Virus record (IMG/VR): IMGVR_UViG_3300033070_001371
Location: 55,216-119,215 of that record
DNA length: 64,000 nt
Reading direction: 5' to 3' (one strand)
From: a virus
Taxonomy: Duplodnaviria > Caudoviricetes
The notes under the pieces are model-generated. The model was not told the DNA's origin and ran no database searches. It worked only from the letters and a program-made list of their open reading frames with translations. The position numbers were made by a program, and so were the translations under genes. Shown here one piece after another: positions 1-8,296 of the stretch (position 1 is the stretch's first letter; each line of letters begins with the position of its first letter).

Positions 1-4
1 GCAC

Positions 5-2929
5 ATGATCGTGCCGACCGCGCCGGTCGCAGGCACGGTGGCGAAGGTCGACGACCAGTTTGTGTACATCAAGCCGCACGCCGAGAAGCGGAGCGCAGCG
101 GGCGACGCAGCCCTGGTCAAAGTGCCCTACTACGAAAAGTTCCCGTTTCCGTCGAAAACGTTTCTTGATCACGCCGTTGACGTGAAGGTCGGCGACAAGG
201 TCGAAGAGGGTCAGCGCCTCGCGGAATCGAACTACACGCGCGACGGCGTGCTCGCGCTCGGCAAGAACCTGCGCGTCGGCTACCTGCCGTACTACGGGTA
301 CAACTCCAACGACGCGGTCGTGATCTCCGACGCGGCGTCGAAGAAGCTGACCAGCGAACACATGTACCGCGAGGTCTTCCCGCTCGGCACGGGCATCGAG
401 CTGAACCGCGCGAAGCACCATCTCTACTACGGCGCGAAGTACCCCGCGCAGATGTACAGCAAGCTCGACGAGGGGGGCGTCATCAAGAAGGGCGCGAAGG
501 TCGACCCGAAGGACCTGCTTGTCGCGGGCCTGATGAAGCAGGCCGTGACCGGCACCGACGCGATGCTCGGACGCCTCGGCAAGTCACTCGTCAAGCCGTT
601 CAAGGACATCGCGCTCGTGTGGGACCACGGCGTGCCAGGCGAAGTCGTGGACGTGGTGCGCGCGAGCGGCCAGATCACGATCCTCGTGAAGACGCGCGAG
701 GCCATGCAGGTCGGCGACAAGCTCGCGGGCCGCTACGGCAACAAGGGCGTCGTCGCAAAGATCGTCCCGGACCACGAGATGCTGCGCGACGAGCAGGGGC
801 ACCCGCTCGACCTGCTGCTCACCTCGGCCGGCGTCGTCTCACGCATCAACCCGGCGCAGGTCATCGAGACGGCCGTGGCGAAAGTCGCGGACAAGACCGG
901 CAAGCCGATCGTTTACGACAACGCAGCGGGGCATAACGCCGTAAAGTGGGCGCGCAATCTGATGCGCGAGCACGGCGTCAAGGACAAGGAGGAGCTCTAC
1001 GACCCGGTGCTCCAGCGCAAGGTCGTGGGCGCGGACGGCAAGGGCGTGCTCGTCGGCAAGCAGTACATCTACAAGCTGTTCAAGAGCACCGACACCAACT
1101 TCGCCGGGCACGGCGTCGGGCCGTACGACCTCAACGAGCAGCCACTCAAGACCGGCGGCGACGAGAGCGCCAAGGGCCTCGGCAAAATGGAGTTCGACGC
1201 GCTGCTCGCGCACAACGCACGCAACTTCCTGCGCGAGGCCGCGACGGTGCGCGGCCAGAAGAACGACGAGTACTGGAAGGCCGTGCAGACGGGGCTACCG
1301 CTGCCGGCGCCAAAGCCGTCGTTCGCGTTCAACAAGTTCCTCGGGCTGCTCGAAGGCTCAGGCGTCAAGGTCGACAAGCGCGGCTCAAAGTTCGCGCTCC
1401 TGCCGATGACCGACAAGGACGTGCTCGCGCGCAGCGCGGGCGCGATCGAGCACGGCGCGACGGTGCGCGCGAAAGACCTCAAGCCCGAGACCGGCGGCCT
1501 GTTCGACCCGCGCAAGACCGGCGGCACGCAGGGCACACTCTTCGCGCACATCGACCTGCACGAGCCGGTGCCGAACCCAGTGTTCGAGGAGCCGGTGCGG
1601 CGCCTGCTCGGCATGACCGAGACGAAGTTCAAGGAAGCGCTCCGCGAGCACGGCGGCACTTGGTTTCGTTCGGAGCTCGCGAAGATCGACGTGCCGCGAA
1701 AGCTGCGCGAGCTGCGCGAGCAGCTCAAGAACGCCAAGGGCCCCGCGCTCAACGACGTGGTCAAGCAGATCAAGTACCTCGAAGCGCTTCAGGCCCACAA
1801 GCTCGGACCCGCCGAGGCGTACGTGATCAGCAAAGTGCCGGTCATCCCTCCGGTGTTCCGTCCAATTCAGCCCGGTGTGCGCGACCCTTCGCAGCTGATG
1901 GTCGCCGACGCGAACAAGCTCTACGGCCAATTGTTCGACTCGAACAAAACGCTGAAGACGACGGCCGTCGCATCCGACTTGGGCAAGCACCGCCAGGACC
2001 TCTACGAAAAGATGGAGGAGCTGTACGGCACGACGCTGCCGCACGATCCCAAACTCCAGCAACAGAAGGTCAAGGGGCTGCTTGCATCGGTAGCCGGTGT
2101 TGGCTCGCCGAAGGGTGGCTTCTTTCAGCGCAAGCTGATGCGCCGCACGCAGGACGTCTCGGGACGTGGCACCGCTGTGCCTGACTCAAACCTTGGGATG
2201 GACGAGGTCGGCATCCCCGAGCCGATGTTGTGGCAATCGCTCGACAAGTTGATCGTCGCGCGCCTGATCCGCACCGGTTACCCCGCGCTTCAAGCGCGCG
2301 AGATGGTGAACGCGAAGGCGCCAGCCGCGCGCGACGCAATGCTCGCCGAGGTGCGAGACCGCCCAGCGATCATCAACCGGGCGCCGACGCTGCATCGAGG
2401 CTCGATCGTCGCCGCGTACGCCAAGCCCGTACCCGGCAAGACGATCCGCGTCTCGTCGTTCACCGAGAAGGGCATGAACCTGGACTACGACGGGGACACC
2501 TTGCAAGTGCACTTCCCGATCGGCGCTGAGGCTGTCGAGGACGCCAAGAAGATGACGCTGAGTAACATGTTGCTCAGCGACCAGCAGCGGGACAAGCTGA
2601 TGGTGTTCCCGCAGCACGAGGCGATCATCGCGTTCACGCTGGCAGCGAAGCACACGACGCCGACGGGTCCTGTACGGAAGTTCAAGACCCGTGAAGACGC
2701 GCTCGCAGCGTATCGGCGCGGAGAACTGAAACTCTCCGACGCCATCGAGATCGAGAACGAAAAGCGCGCCGAAGCCGAAGCGCTTGCAGACGGCTTCGGA
2801 ATGGGCGCGGAGCTCGATGTACCGTTCTATCCCGTCGAGCCCGACGAAGCGCTATCCTACTTCCCGCCAGAGCTGCTCACGGGCGAAGGCGACGAGGACG
2901 AGGACCCCGATGTTCGACTTCTTGAATGA
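5..2929 (+). CDS. rpoB/rpoC-like: Phage multisubunit RNA polymerase: fused beta C-terminal half + beta' N-terminal half (catalytic); may be 5'-truncated by the window edge
   Basis: beta motifs GYNSNDAV, GDKLAGRYGNKGVV, SRINPAQ, GKMEFDAL; then beta' motifs FAHIDL, VPVIPPVFRP, SGRGTAVP, NRAPTLHR and catalytic NLDYDGD (cf. NADFDGD). Confidence 0.95.
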   Translation: MIVPTAPVAGTVAKVDDQFVYIKPHAEKRSAAGDAALVKVPYYEKFPFPSKTFLDHAVDVKVGDKVEEGQRLAESNYTRDGVLALGKNLRVGYLPYYGYNSNDAVVISDAASKKLTSEHMYREVFPLGTGIELNRAKHHLYYGAKYPAQMYSKLDEGGVIKKGAKVDPKDLLVAGLMKQAVTGTDAMLGRLGKSLVKPFKDIALVWDHGVPGEVVDVVRASGQITILVKTREAMQVGDKLAGRYGNKGVVAKIVPDHEMLRDEQGHPLDLLLTSAGVVSRINPAQVIETAVAKVADKTGKPIVYDNAAGHNAVKWARNLMREHGVKDKEELYDPVLQRKVVGADGKGVLVGKQYIYKLFKSTDTNFAGHGVGPYDLNEQPLKTGGDESAKGLGKMEFDALLAHNARNFLREAATVRGQKNDEYWKAVQTGLPLPAPKPSFAFNKFLGLLEGSGVKVDKRGSKFALLPMTDKDVLARSAGAIEHGATVRAKDLKPETGGLFDPRKTGGTQGTLFAHIDLHEPVPNPVFEEPVRRLLGMTETKFKEALREHGGTWFRSELAKIDVPRKLRELREQLKNAKGPALNDVVKQIKYLEALQAHKLGPAEAYVISKVPVIPPVFRPIQPGVRDPSQLMVADANKLYGQLFDSNKTLKTTAVASDLGKHRQDLYEKMEELYGTTLPHDPKLQQQKVKGLLASVAGVGSPKGGFFQRKLMRRTQDVSGRGTAVPDSNLGMDEVGIPEPMLWQSLDKLIVARLIRTGYPALQAREMVNAKAPAARDAMLAEVRDRPAIINRAPTLHRGSIVAAYAKPVPGKTIRVSSFTEKGMNLDYDGDTLQVHFPIGAEAVEDAKKMTLSNMLLSDQQRDKLMVFPQHEAIIAFTLAAKHTTPTGPVRKFKTREDALAAYRRGELKLSDAIEIENEKRAEAEALADGFGMGAELDVPFYPVEPDEALSYFPPELLTGEGDEDEDPDVRLLE

Positions 2930-3395
2930 GTTGTTGGGCGCGCACGCTTCTGGCGCGCCCCCGAAAAGTGCGCCGTCCGGCAGCGAGCACGTAGCGTGTC
3001 TCCAGGCGATCCTCGCTAAGAAGTACGCGCTGCTGCTCGCCTACGTTTCGTACGGCGATCAGCTCCGGTCGATCTGCCGGGACGGCGTGTTCGAGCACTT
3101 TCAAGAGCACATCAAGGAAGAACGCGACGCCATCTACCAACTCAACAAGAAGATCACGGCGCTCGGCGGTGATGCTGTCGTATCTCCAGGCCATGTGCCT
3201 TCCGTGCCGCTCGACCAACCTCGCGCCGTGTTCGAGGCAGTGCTGAACTTGGAGCAGGCCGTCGTCGCGCTGTGGTCCGATTTGTTCCACAAGACCCCCG
3301 ACGACGTGCCGCTCAACGCGATGGCGCAAGATGGTGCCCTCGTCGACCAGCAACACGCCGACGACATGCGGCGCTACCTTCGGAGTGAGTGCTGA
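2910..3395 (+). CDS. Ferritin/bacterioferritin-like four-helix protein
   Basis: EHFQEHIKEERDAIYQLNKKITALGG and LEQ...DQQHADD resemble ferritin-like helices; ATG 2910 overlaps the RNAP gene end. Confidence 0.7.
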   Translation: MFDFLNELLGAHASGAPPKSAPSGSEHVACLQAILAKKYALLLAYVSYGDQLRSICRDGVFEHFQEHIKEERDAIYQLNKKITALGGDAVVSPGHVPSVPLDQPRAVFEAVLNLEQAVVALWSDLFHKTPDDVPLNAMAQDGALVDQQHADDMRRYLRSEC

Positions 3396-3772
3396 TGCCG
3401 GACCTCAAGGACATCGCGCGCGGCGTAACGACCCGCCTCAAGAAGCGTCAGCGAGGTTTTCACTTCGACAAGGAGCCGGGTTTTTACGGCGTAACAAAGA
3501 GCTTCGGCGACGCCGCCAAGCAGAAACTCGCCAGCGAAGCGCGCGCTCGTGCGATCCGCAAGGTCGCGGCGAAGTACGCGCTGCTTGACGAGTCGGGCGA
3601 ACCTGTGGAAGCGCTCGCGAAGCTCTTTGCACAGAGTAACTTCGGTTACGGCGACGCGCCCGTCGCCCCGAAGCGTACCGGCGACCCCCTCTGGGGCGCG
3701 TCGATGGGTATGCCGGCGGAGCCCGGCGACCGCAATGGGCTGAGCCGCAATCTCACGTACGGAGGAGTTTGA
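3395..3772 (+). CDS. Hypothetical protein (K-x-A motifs, probable virion protein)
   Basis: TGATG-coupled ORF; QKLAS, RKVAA. Confidence 0.65.
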   Translation: MPDLKDIARGVTTRLKKRQRGFHFDKEPGFYGVTKSFGDAAKQKLASEARARAIRKVAAKYALLDESGEPVEALAKLFAQSNFGYGDAPVAPKRTGDPLWGASMGMPAEPGDRNGLSRNLTYGGV

Positions 3773-4110
3773 TGATCACGAAGGAAGCGCTCGACGCCGC
3801 GCGGTCGCGCGGTGCACAGAAGATCTTGGCTCGCTACGGCCTCGACAAGGTCAGCGGAATCATGTCGACCCTCGGCAGCGCGGCTACGCGCGCGCTCGGC
3901 GCCGGGACCAAGGCGTACCAGCACGGCGGCGGCAGCATGATGCAGAACGTCGGCAAGGGCATCGCGGCCGGAGCCAAGGGCTTCCAGCGTGCGGGCGGCG
4001 TGCCGGCGGCGGGCAAGGCGCTCGGCGTGGCCGCAGCGGGAGGGGCGGCAGCGTACGGCGCGGGACGCGCGTTCGGCGCCGGGCAGGCCGCGTCGCAGCA
4101 GCAGCAGTGA
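3769..4110 (+). CDS. Small Gly/Ala-rich protein with hydrophobic glycine-zipper-like C-terminus
   Basis: GGAG SD; ALGVAAAGGAAAYGAG. Confidence 0.65.
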   Translation: MMITKEALDAARSRGAQKILARYGLDKVSGIMSTLGSAATRALGAGTKAYQHGGGSMMQNVGKGIAAGAKGFQRAGGVPAAGKALGVAAAGGAAAYGAGRAFGAGQAASQQQQ

Positions 4111-4142
4111 CACACGGGCGCGAGGCAGCGTAACCTTTCGCC

Positions 4143-5942
4143 ATGCCCACGACGGTCGGCCAGTTCCTGATCAATGACGTGATGCCCGAGGGTTACAAGA
4201 TCTCGGGTCCGCTCACGAACAAGGCGCTACACGACCACGTCGTCGGTCTCGCCAAAGCGGACCCTCAGAAATACGTCTCGACGGTGCTCGCGCTCAAGCG
4301 GCGCGGCGACGAAATCGCGACGCTCGAAGGCATCTCGGTCGGGCTCGATGACATTGAGCCCGACTACGAGGCGCGCGACGCGATCGTGCGCCCGGCGCTC
4401 GCGAAGCTCGACAAGCTCAAGGACCCGGGAGCCCGCGAGCGCGTGATCGTCGAGACGCAGGCGCAACTGCTCGCGCACACCAAGCAGCACCCTGGTTCGA
4501 TGACCCACATGGCGCTCTCAGGAGCGCGCGGCAATCCGGCGCAGCTCATGAAGATCGTCGCCACGCCGCTCGCGACAGTGAATCCAAAGCACGGCGTGGT
4601 TCATCAGCTGATCGACCGCTCGTACTCCGAAGGCCTGACTCCAGCCCAGTACTGGTTGACAGGACCAGAGATCCGCGAGAACGAGGTCAAAGCGCGCATC
4701 TCCGTCTCGGAGCCGGGAGAGATGGCCAAGGTTCTCGTCGCCAACATGATCTCTAAGGTCGTCACGACGACCGACTGCGGGACCATGAACGGCGTAAAGA
4801 TGTCGATCGACGACGGACACGTGCTCGATCGCTTCACGCAGGCTGACCACGGCTTGCCGCGAAACACCCTCGTCACGCCGCAGCTCGTCCAGCAACTCAA
4901 AGCGCGCCACGTGGACCGTGTACTTGTGCGCTCGCCGATGACATGCGTCGCGCAACACGGGGTCTGTCAGATGTGCCAGGGTCACAACGAGAAGGGACAA
5001 CCGCACCCGATCGGCATGACTGTAGGCGTGCGTGCCGCGCAAGCGATGGCTGAACCGTTGACGCAGATGGCGCTTTCGTCGCGCCACGGCACGCTCACGG
5101 TGAAGGCCACGGACAAAGCGCCGACCGGCTTGAAGGGTGTGCGCCAGCTGTTGGAAGTTCCTGCCGCTTTCCGCCACGAAGCGGTGCTGGCGCCAGAGCA
5201 CGGCACCGTGACGAAAGTCGAGAAGGCGCCGCAAGGTGGCCACTATATCTACCTCGGCGCCAAGAAGGTCTACGCCGGGCCTGACCTGACGCTGCGCGCG
5301 AAGGCGGGAGACGTGGTCGAGCGCGGCGATGCGCTGACCGACGGCGTGCCTCACCCTGCGAAGGTCGTCGGCTACAAAGGACTTGGTGCCGGTCGTGCGT
5401 ACTTCGTAGACGCACTGCACAACTTATACAAGAATGAAGGGATCAACCTTGATCGCCGCCACTTGGAACTTCTCGCCAAGAGTGAGATCAATCACGTACG
5501 GCTACTCGACGCTGATCCCGACCACCCAGAGCTGCTCAAGGGCGACATCGTCAACTACAACGCCTTCCGCGAGGCGTACCAGAAGGGCTCCGCTCGCGTG
5601 CAGGTAGATGACGCTGTAGGGAAGCGGCTGGGGCAAGAGGTGTTGCATCACACTGTCGGTACACCCGTGACGCCTGCGCTCGCCCGCGATCTCAAAGCGC
5701 ACGGGGTTGCTGAGGTCTATGTCAACCGGTCTATGCCTCCGGTGGAATTCGTCATGAAGCCGTTCACAATGAATCCTCTGCTGGAGAAGGACTGGATGGC
5801 CCGCCTCGCGCACCGCTATCTCAAGAGCACGATTCAGGAGGCGGCACACTTCGGCGAGACCGCCGACATCCACGGAACCCACCCCGTACCGGCGTATGCT
5901 TTCGGCGCGGAACTTCACCATGGAGCCGGCGGTGCATTCTGA
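4143..5942 (+). CDS. rpoC-like: RNA polymerase beta' C-terminal subunit
   Basis: TTVGQFLIN (cf. TTVGR), SGARGN, EGLTPAQY, DCGT, VRSPMTC...GVCQMCQG zinc site, GVRAAQAMAEPLTQ trigger-loop region, GLKGVRQLLE. Confidence 0.95.
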   Translation: MPTTVGQFLINDVMPEGYKISGPLTNKALHDHVVGLAKADPQKYVSTVLALKRRGDEIATLEGISVGLDDIEPDYEARDAIVRPALAKLDKLKDPGARERVIVETQAQLLAHTKQHPGSMTHMALSGARGNPAQLMKIVATPLATVNPKHGVVHQLIDRSYSEGLTPAQYWLTGPEIRENEVKARISVSEPGEMAKVLVANMISKVVTTTDCGTMNGVKMSIDDGHVLDRFTQADHGLPRNTLVTPQLVQQLKARHVDRVLVRSPMTCVAQHGVCQMCQGHNEKGQPHPIGMTVGVRAAQAMAEPLTQMALSSRHGTLTVKATDKAPTGLKGVRQLLEVPAAFRHEAVLAPEHGTVTKVEKAPQGGHYIYLGAKKVYAGPDLTLRAKAGDVVERGDALTDGVPHPAKVVGYKGLGAGRAYFVDALHNLYKNEGINLDRRHLELLAKSEINHVRLLDADPDHPELLKGDIVNYNAFREAYQKGSARVQVDDAVGKRLGQEVLHHTVGTPVTPALARDLKAHGVAEVYVNRSMPPVEFVMKPFTMNPLLEKDWMARLAHRYLKSTIQEAAHFGETADIHGTHPVPAYAFGAELHHGAGGAF

Positions 5943-6564
5943 CTTCGCGGATCGACTGAACGCCGTAAAGACAGCGGCCCGGGCGCGCGTGCTCGGACGG
6001 TACGGGCTTAAGGACCTGTTCCGCGAGCACACCATCGCCCCGGCTGCGCCCGGTGTCACCAACAAGGCCAAAGCATTCGGCAAACACGTCGCAGAATTCG
6101 GACGCGAGGCTGTCTTCGGTAGTCCGATCACCGTCGCAAAGCAGCTCGCTGACCGCTACAAGCAAACCGGTAGCGTCGCCCGAGCGATGGGCGGCCACGC
6201 CAAAGACTTCTACCTCTCACCCGGATCGCCGACATGGCTGAAGGCCCTATCCCTCGGTATGCCCGCGATGGAGCTCGGTAACATCGCGCTGCGCGGCGAC
6301 CCAGAGACTCGCAAGGGCGACATCGCACACGCGATCTCGGGCATGGCGGCTGCGCCGTTCACGGCGCGACTCGGCCTGCTCGGCATCCCAGTCCAGGGCG
6401 CGGTACAGGGTGCCGCGCGCTACTTGGGGTCGAAGTTCGACCCGAAGCCTGCCCCAACACCCACGCCCGAAAATATCGAGCTGGACGTACCGAAACACCT
6501 GATGCGCGCGTGGAAGAGCAACTCTCCGCTCGCGCTGAGCGACGACAACCCCGCTGCGACCTAG
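5920..6564 (+). CDS. Hypothetical protein (probable virion internal protein)
   Basis: Overlaps upstream stop; VKTAA motif; hydrophobic Gly-rich segment. Confidence 0.6.
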   Translation: MEPAVHSDFADRLNAVKTAARARVLGRYGLKDLFREHTIAPAAPGVTNKAKAFGKHVAEFGREAVFGSPITVAKQLADRYKQTGSVARAMGGHAKDFYLSPGSPTWLKALSLGMPAMELGNIALRGDPETRKGDIAHAISGMAAAPFTARLGLLGIPVQGAVQGAARYLGSKFDPKPAPTPTPENIELDVPKHLMRAWKSNSPLALSDDNPAAT

Positions 6565-6595
6565 ACTACGCACTGGAGCCAAGGAGCACCCCCCA

Positions 6596-8203
6596 ATGAC
6601 GACGACTCTGTTCACCCGCACGCTTCTCAAGGGCATGGCCGACGGCATGTCCGACGCCGGGCGCATGGCGCCCTTCGCGAACGACGACCTCGCCATCGGG
6701 GTCTTCGACAAGATCGCGACCGACCTCGGTCTGCCGCAGGTCCTCGAAGAGCCGCTGCCGAACGACACCTACGTGAAGATGGGCCAGTGGCTCATCGACG
6801 CTTCGGAGACGGCCGTGGCGAGCGGTCACGCTCCCTCGGCGTCGCTCCAGGCGATGGCGAAGCAGGCGTCGCACATGCCGCTGGAAGAGCGCGCGATGAA
6901 GATCGCCGCGTTCATGATGCACAAGACGGCGGAAGAGGCGTCGCTGAACGGCACCGGGTCGAACACCCCGGAGAGCGCGACGCAGACCAGCGCGGTCGCC
7001 GCGCTCGACCAGAAGAACCGGTCGTCCCTCCAGTACCTCGTCGGCATGGGCAAGACCGACATGCCCGAGGGTGGCGTGCTCGGCAAGCAGATGCCGCACC
7101 CGATGGCGCCCCAGGGTCCGGCGATCAACAACAGCCTCACCCACCTCGACAAGCAGGCCAGCGAGAAGATCGCGCGCGCCGCGACGTTCGTGCAGGGCCT
7201 CGCCAAGCGCGGCGCGGCGGTGACGCCGAAGACCGTGCTCGCGTCAGCAGCCCTCGCCGAGGGTGGAGCGGCGGGTCTCGAAGTGATGGCGCACATCGTG
7301 TCGACCGTGAAGACCGCCGAGGAACTCGACGGCATGCTCGACCACGTGATGGGCGCGCAGCAGGCGCACGGCGCCGAACCCGATCCGGCGCTCGTCGCCG
7401 CGATCGAACAGGTGCTGATGGAGCATGGCCTGCTCGGCGACGACGACGGCGACGAAGGTGCGCCGCCGAACGGCGACGACCAGGAGCCGCCCAACGCGGG
7501 CGAAGGCGACGGAGATCCCAAGGTCGCGGCCATGAAGGACGTGATGAAGGGACTCAAGAGCAAGGCGCGCGGCGCGGGCAAGTCCGTGAGCGGCGCTGCG
7601 GCGAAGGCCAAGGGCGCGGTGGGCGCGGCAGCCTCGAAGGCGAAGGAGAAGGCGAGCGACGTCGGAGCCTCGATCGCGGACGCAGCCAAGAAGCACGGAC
7701 CGGGGGCCGCCGTGGGCGCGGCTGTAGGCGCGGCCGGCGGCACGGCGGCGATGCACGCCGCCAAGAAGGACAAGGGCGAAGACAAGGAAGCCGCACTGCT
7801 CGCCGTGCTGAAGGCGGCAGCAGACGGCTCGCTCAACGAAGTCGGCGAGAACACCCCGGAGAGCGCGGCGAAGGACAACGCCAACGCCAAGCTCGACGAG
7901 GAGAACCGCGCGAAGAACGAGTACCTCAAGGGCAACGGCAAGACCGACATGCCGAACGTCGGACACGTCGGCGCCTCCATGGATGCGCCGAAGGGCCCGG
8001 AGAAGGTCAACCCCGACACGACGCCTGCACGCGAGACCAAGAGTGCGAGCTTCGACGAAGCGGTGAAGGCAGCGGCGGCTCAGTGGGGCGGCAAGCTCCC
8101 TGCGACGATGGGTCAGAACGAGAAGCGCGCCCACGTGATCGCGCTCGCCGGCATGCCGGAAGAGCTGCGCGAGGGCTACGTCGACCAGTTGCGACGGAGC
8201 TGA
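6596..8203 (+). CDS. Ala-rich head/internal protein with a duplicated ~45-aa motif
   Basis: AAGGAG SD; many K-x-A motifs; SLN..G.NTPESA...LD..NR...YL.G.GKTDMP occurs twice. Confidence 0.75.
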   Translation: MTTTLFTRTLLKGMADGMSDAGRMAPFANDDLAIGVFDKIATDLGLPQVLEEPLPNDTYVKMGQWLIDASETAVASGHAPSASLQAMAKQASHMPLEERAMKIAAFMMHKTAEEASLNGTGSNTPESATQTSAVAALDQKNRSSLQYLVGMGKTDMPEGGVLGKQMPHPMAPQGPAINNSLTHLDKQASEKIARAATFVQGLAKRGAAVTPKTVLASAALAEGGAAGLEVMAHIVSTVKTAEELDGMLDHVMGAQQAHGAEPDPALVAAIEQVLMEHGLLGDDDGDEGAPPNGDDQEPPNAGEGDGDPKVAAMKDVMKGLKSKARGAGKSVSGAAAKAKGAVGAAASKAKEKASDVGASIADAAKKHGPGAAVGAAVGAAGGTAAMHAAKKDKGEDKEAALLAVLKAAADGSLNEVGENTPESAAKDNANAKLDEENRAKNEYLKGNGKTDMPNVGHVGASMDAPKGPEKVNPDTTPARETKSASFDEAVKAAAAQWGGKLPATMGQNEKRAHVIALAGMPEELREGYVDQLRRS

Positions 8204-8236
8204 TCGCCTCCGACTTGATAGTCTTGCGCTAGGTCA

Positions 8237-8280
8237 GAACGCCTGCTGCCGTATACTTCGGTAGCAGGCGTTCGCCTTTT
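8237..8280 (+). terminator. 15-bp stem hairpin with TATACTT loop, followed by GCCTTTT
   Basis: GAACGCCTGCTGCCG-TATACTT-CGGTAGCAGGCGTTC in the intergenic gap. Confidence 0.55.
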
Positions 8281-8296
8281 GAGGAGACCCACCCCG

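Noticed and set aside
2930-4142. Intron or split intein joining the two RNAP ORFs
   Set aside because: No intein termini (Cys...His-Asn) or recognisable group I/II cores; the gap holds three coupled ORFs and the second subunit has its own TAACCT box and ATG
5-5942. Cellular rpoBC operon (bacterial chromosome)
   Set aside because: No flanking ribosomal-protein genes, diverged motifs, and the genes are embedded among capsid and tail genes
946-8232. Long alternative-frame and antisense ORFs (e.g. 946-2184, 6787-8232, 6826-8040)
   Set aside because: Arg/Ala/Gly-rich shadow ORFs expected from high GC3 bias over real genes
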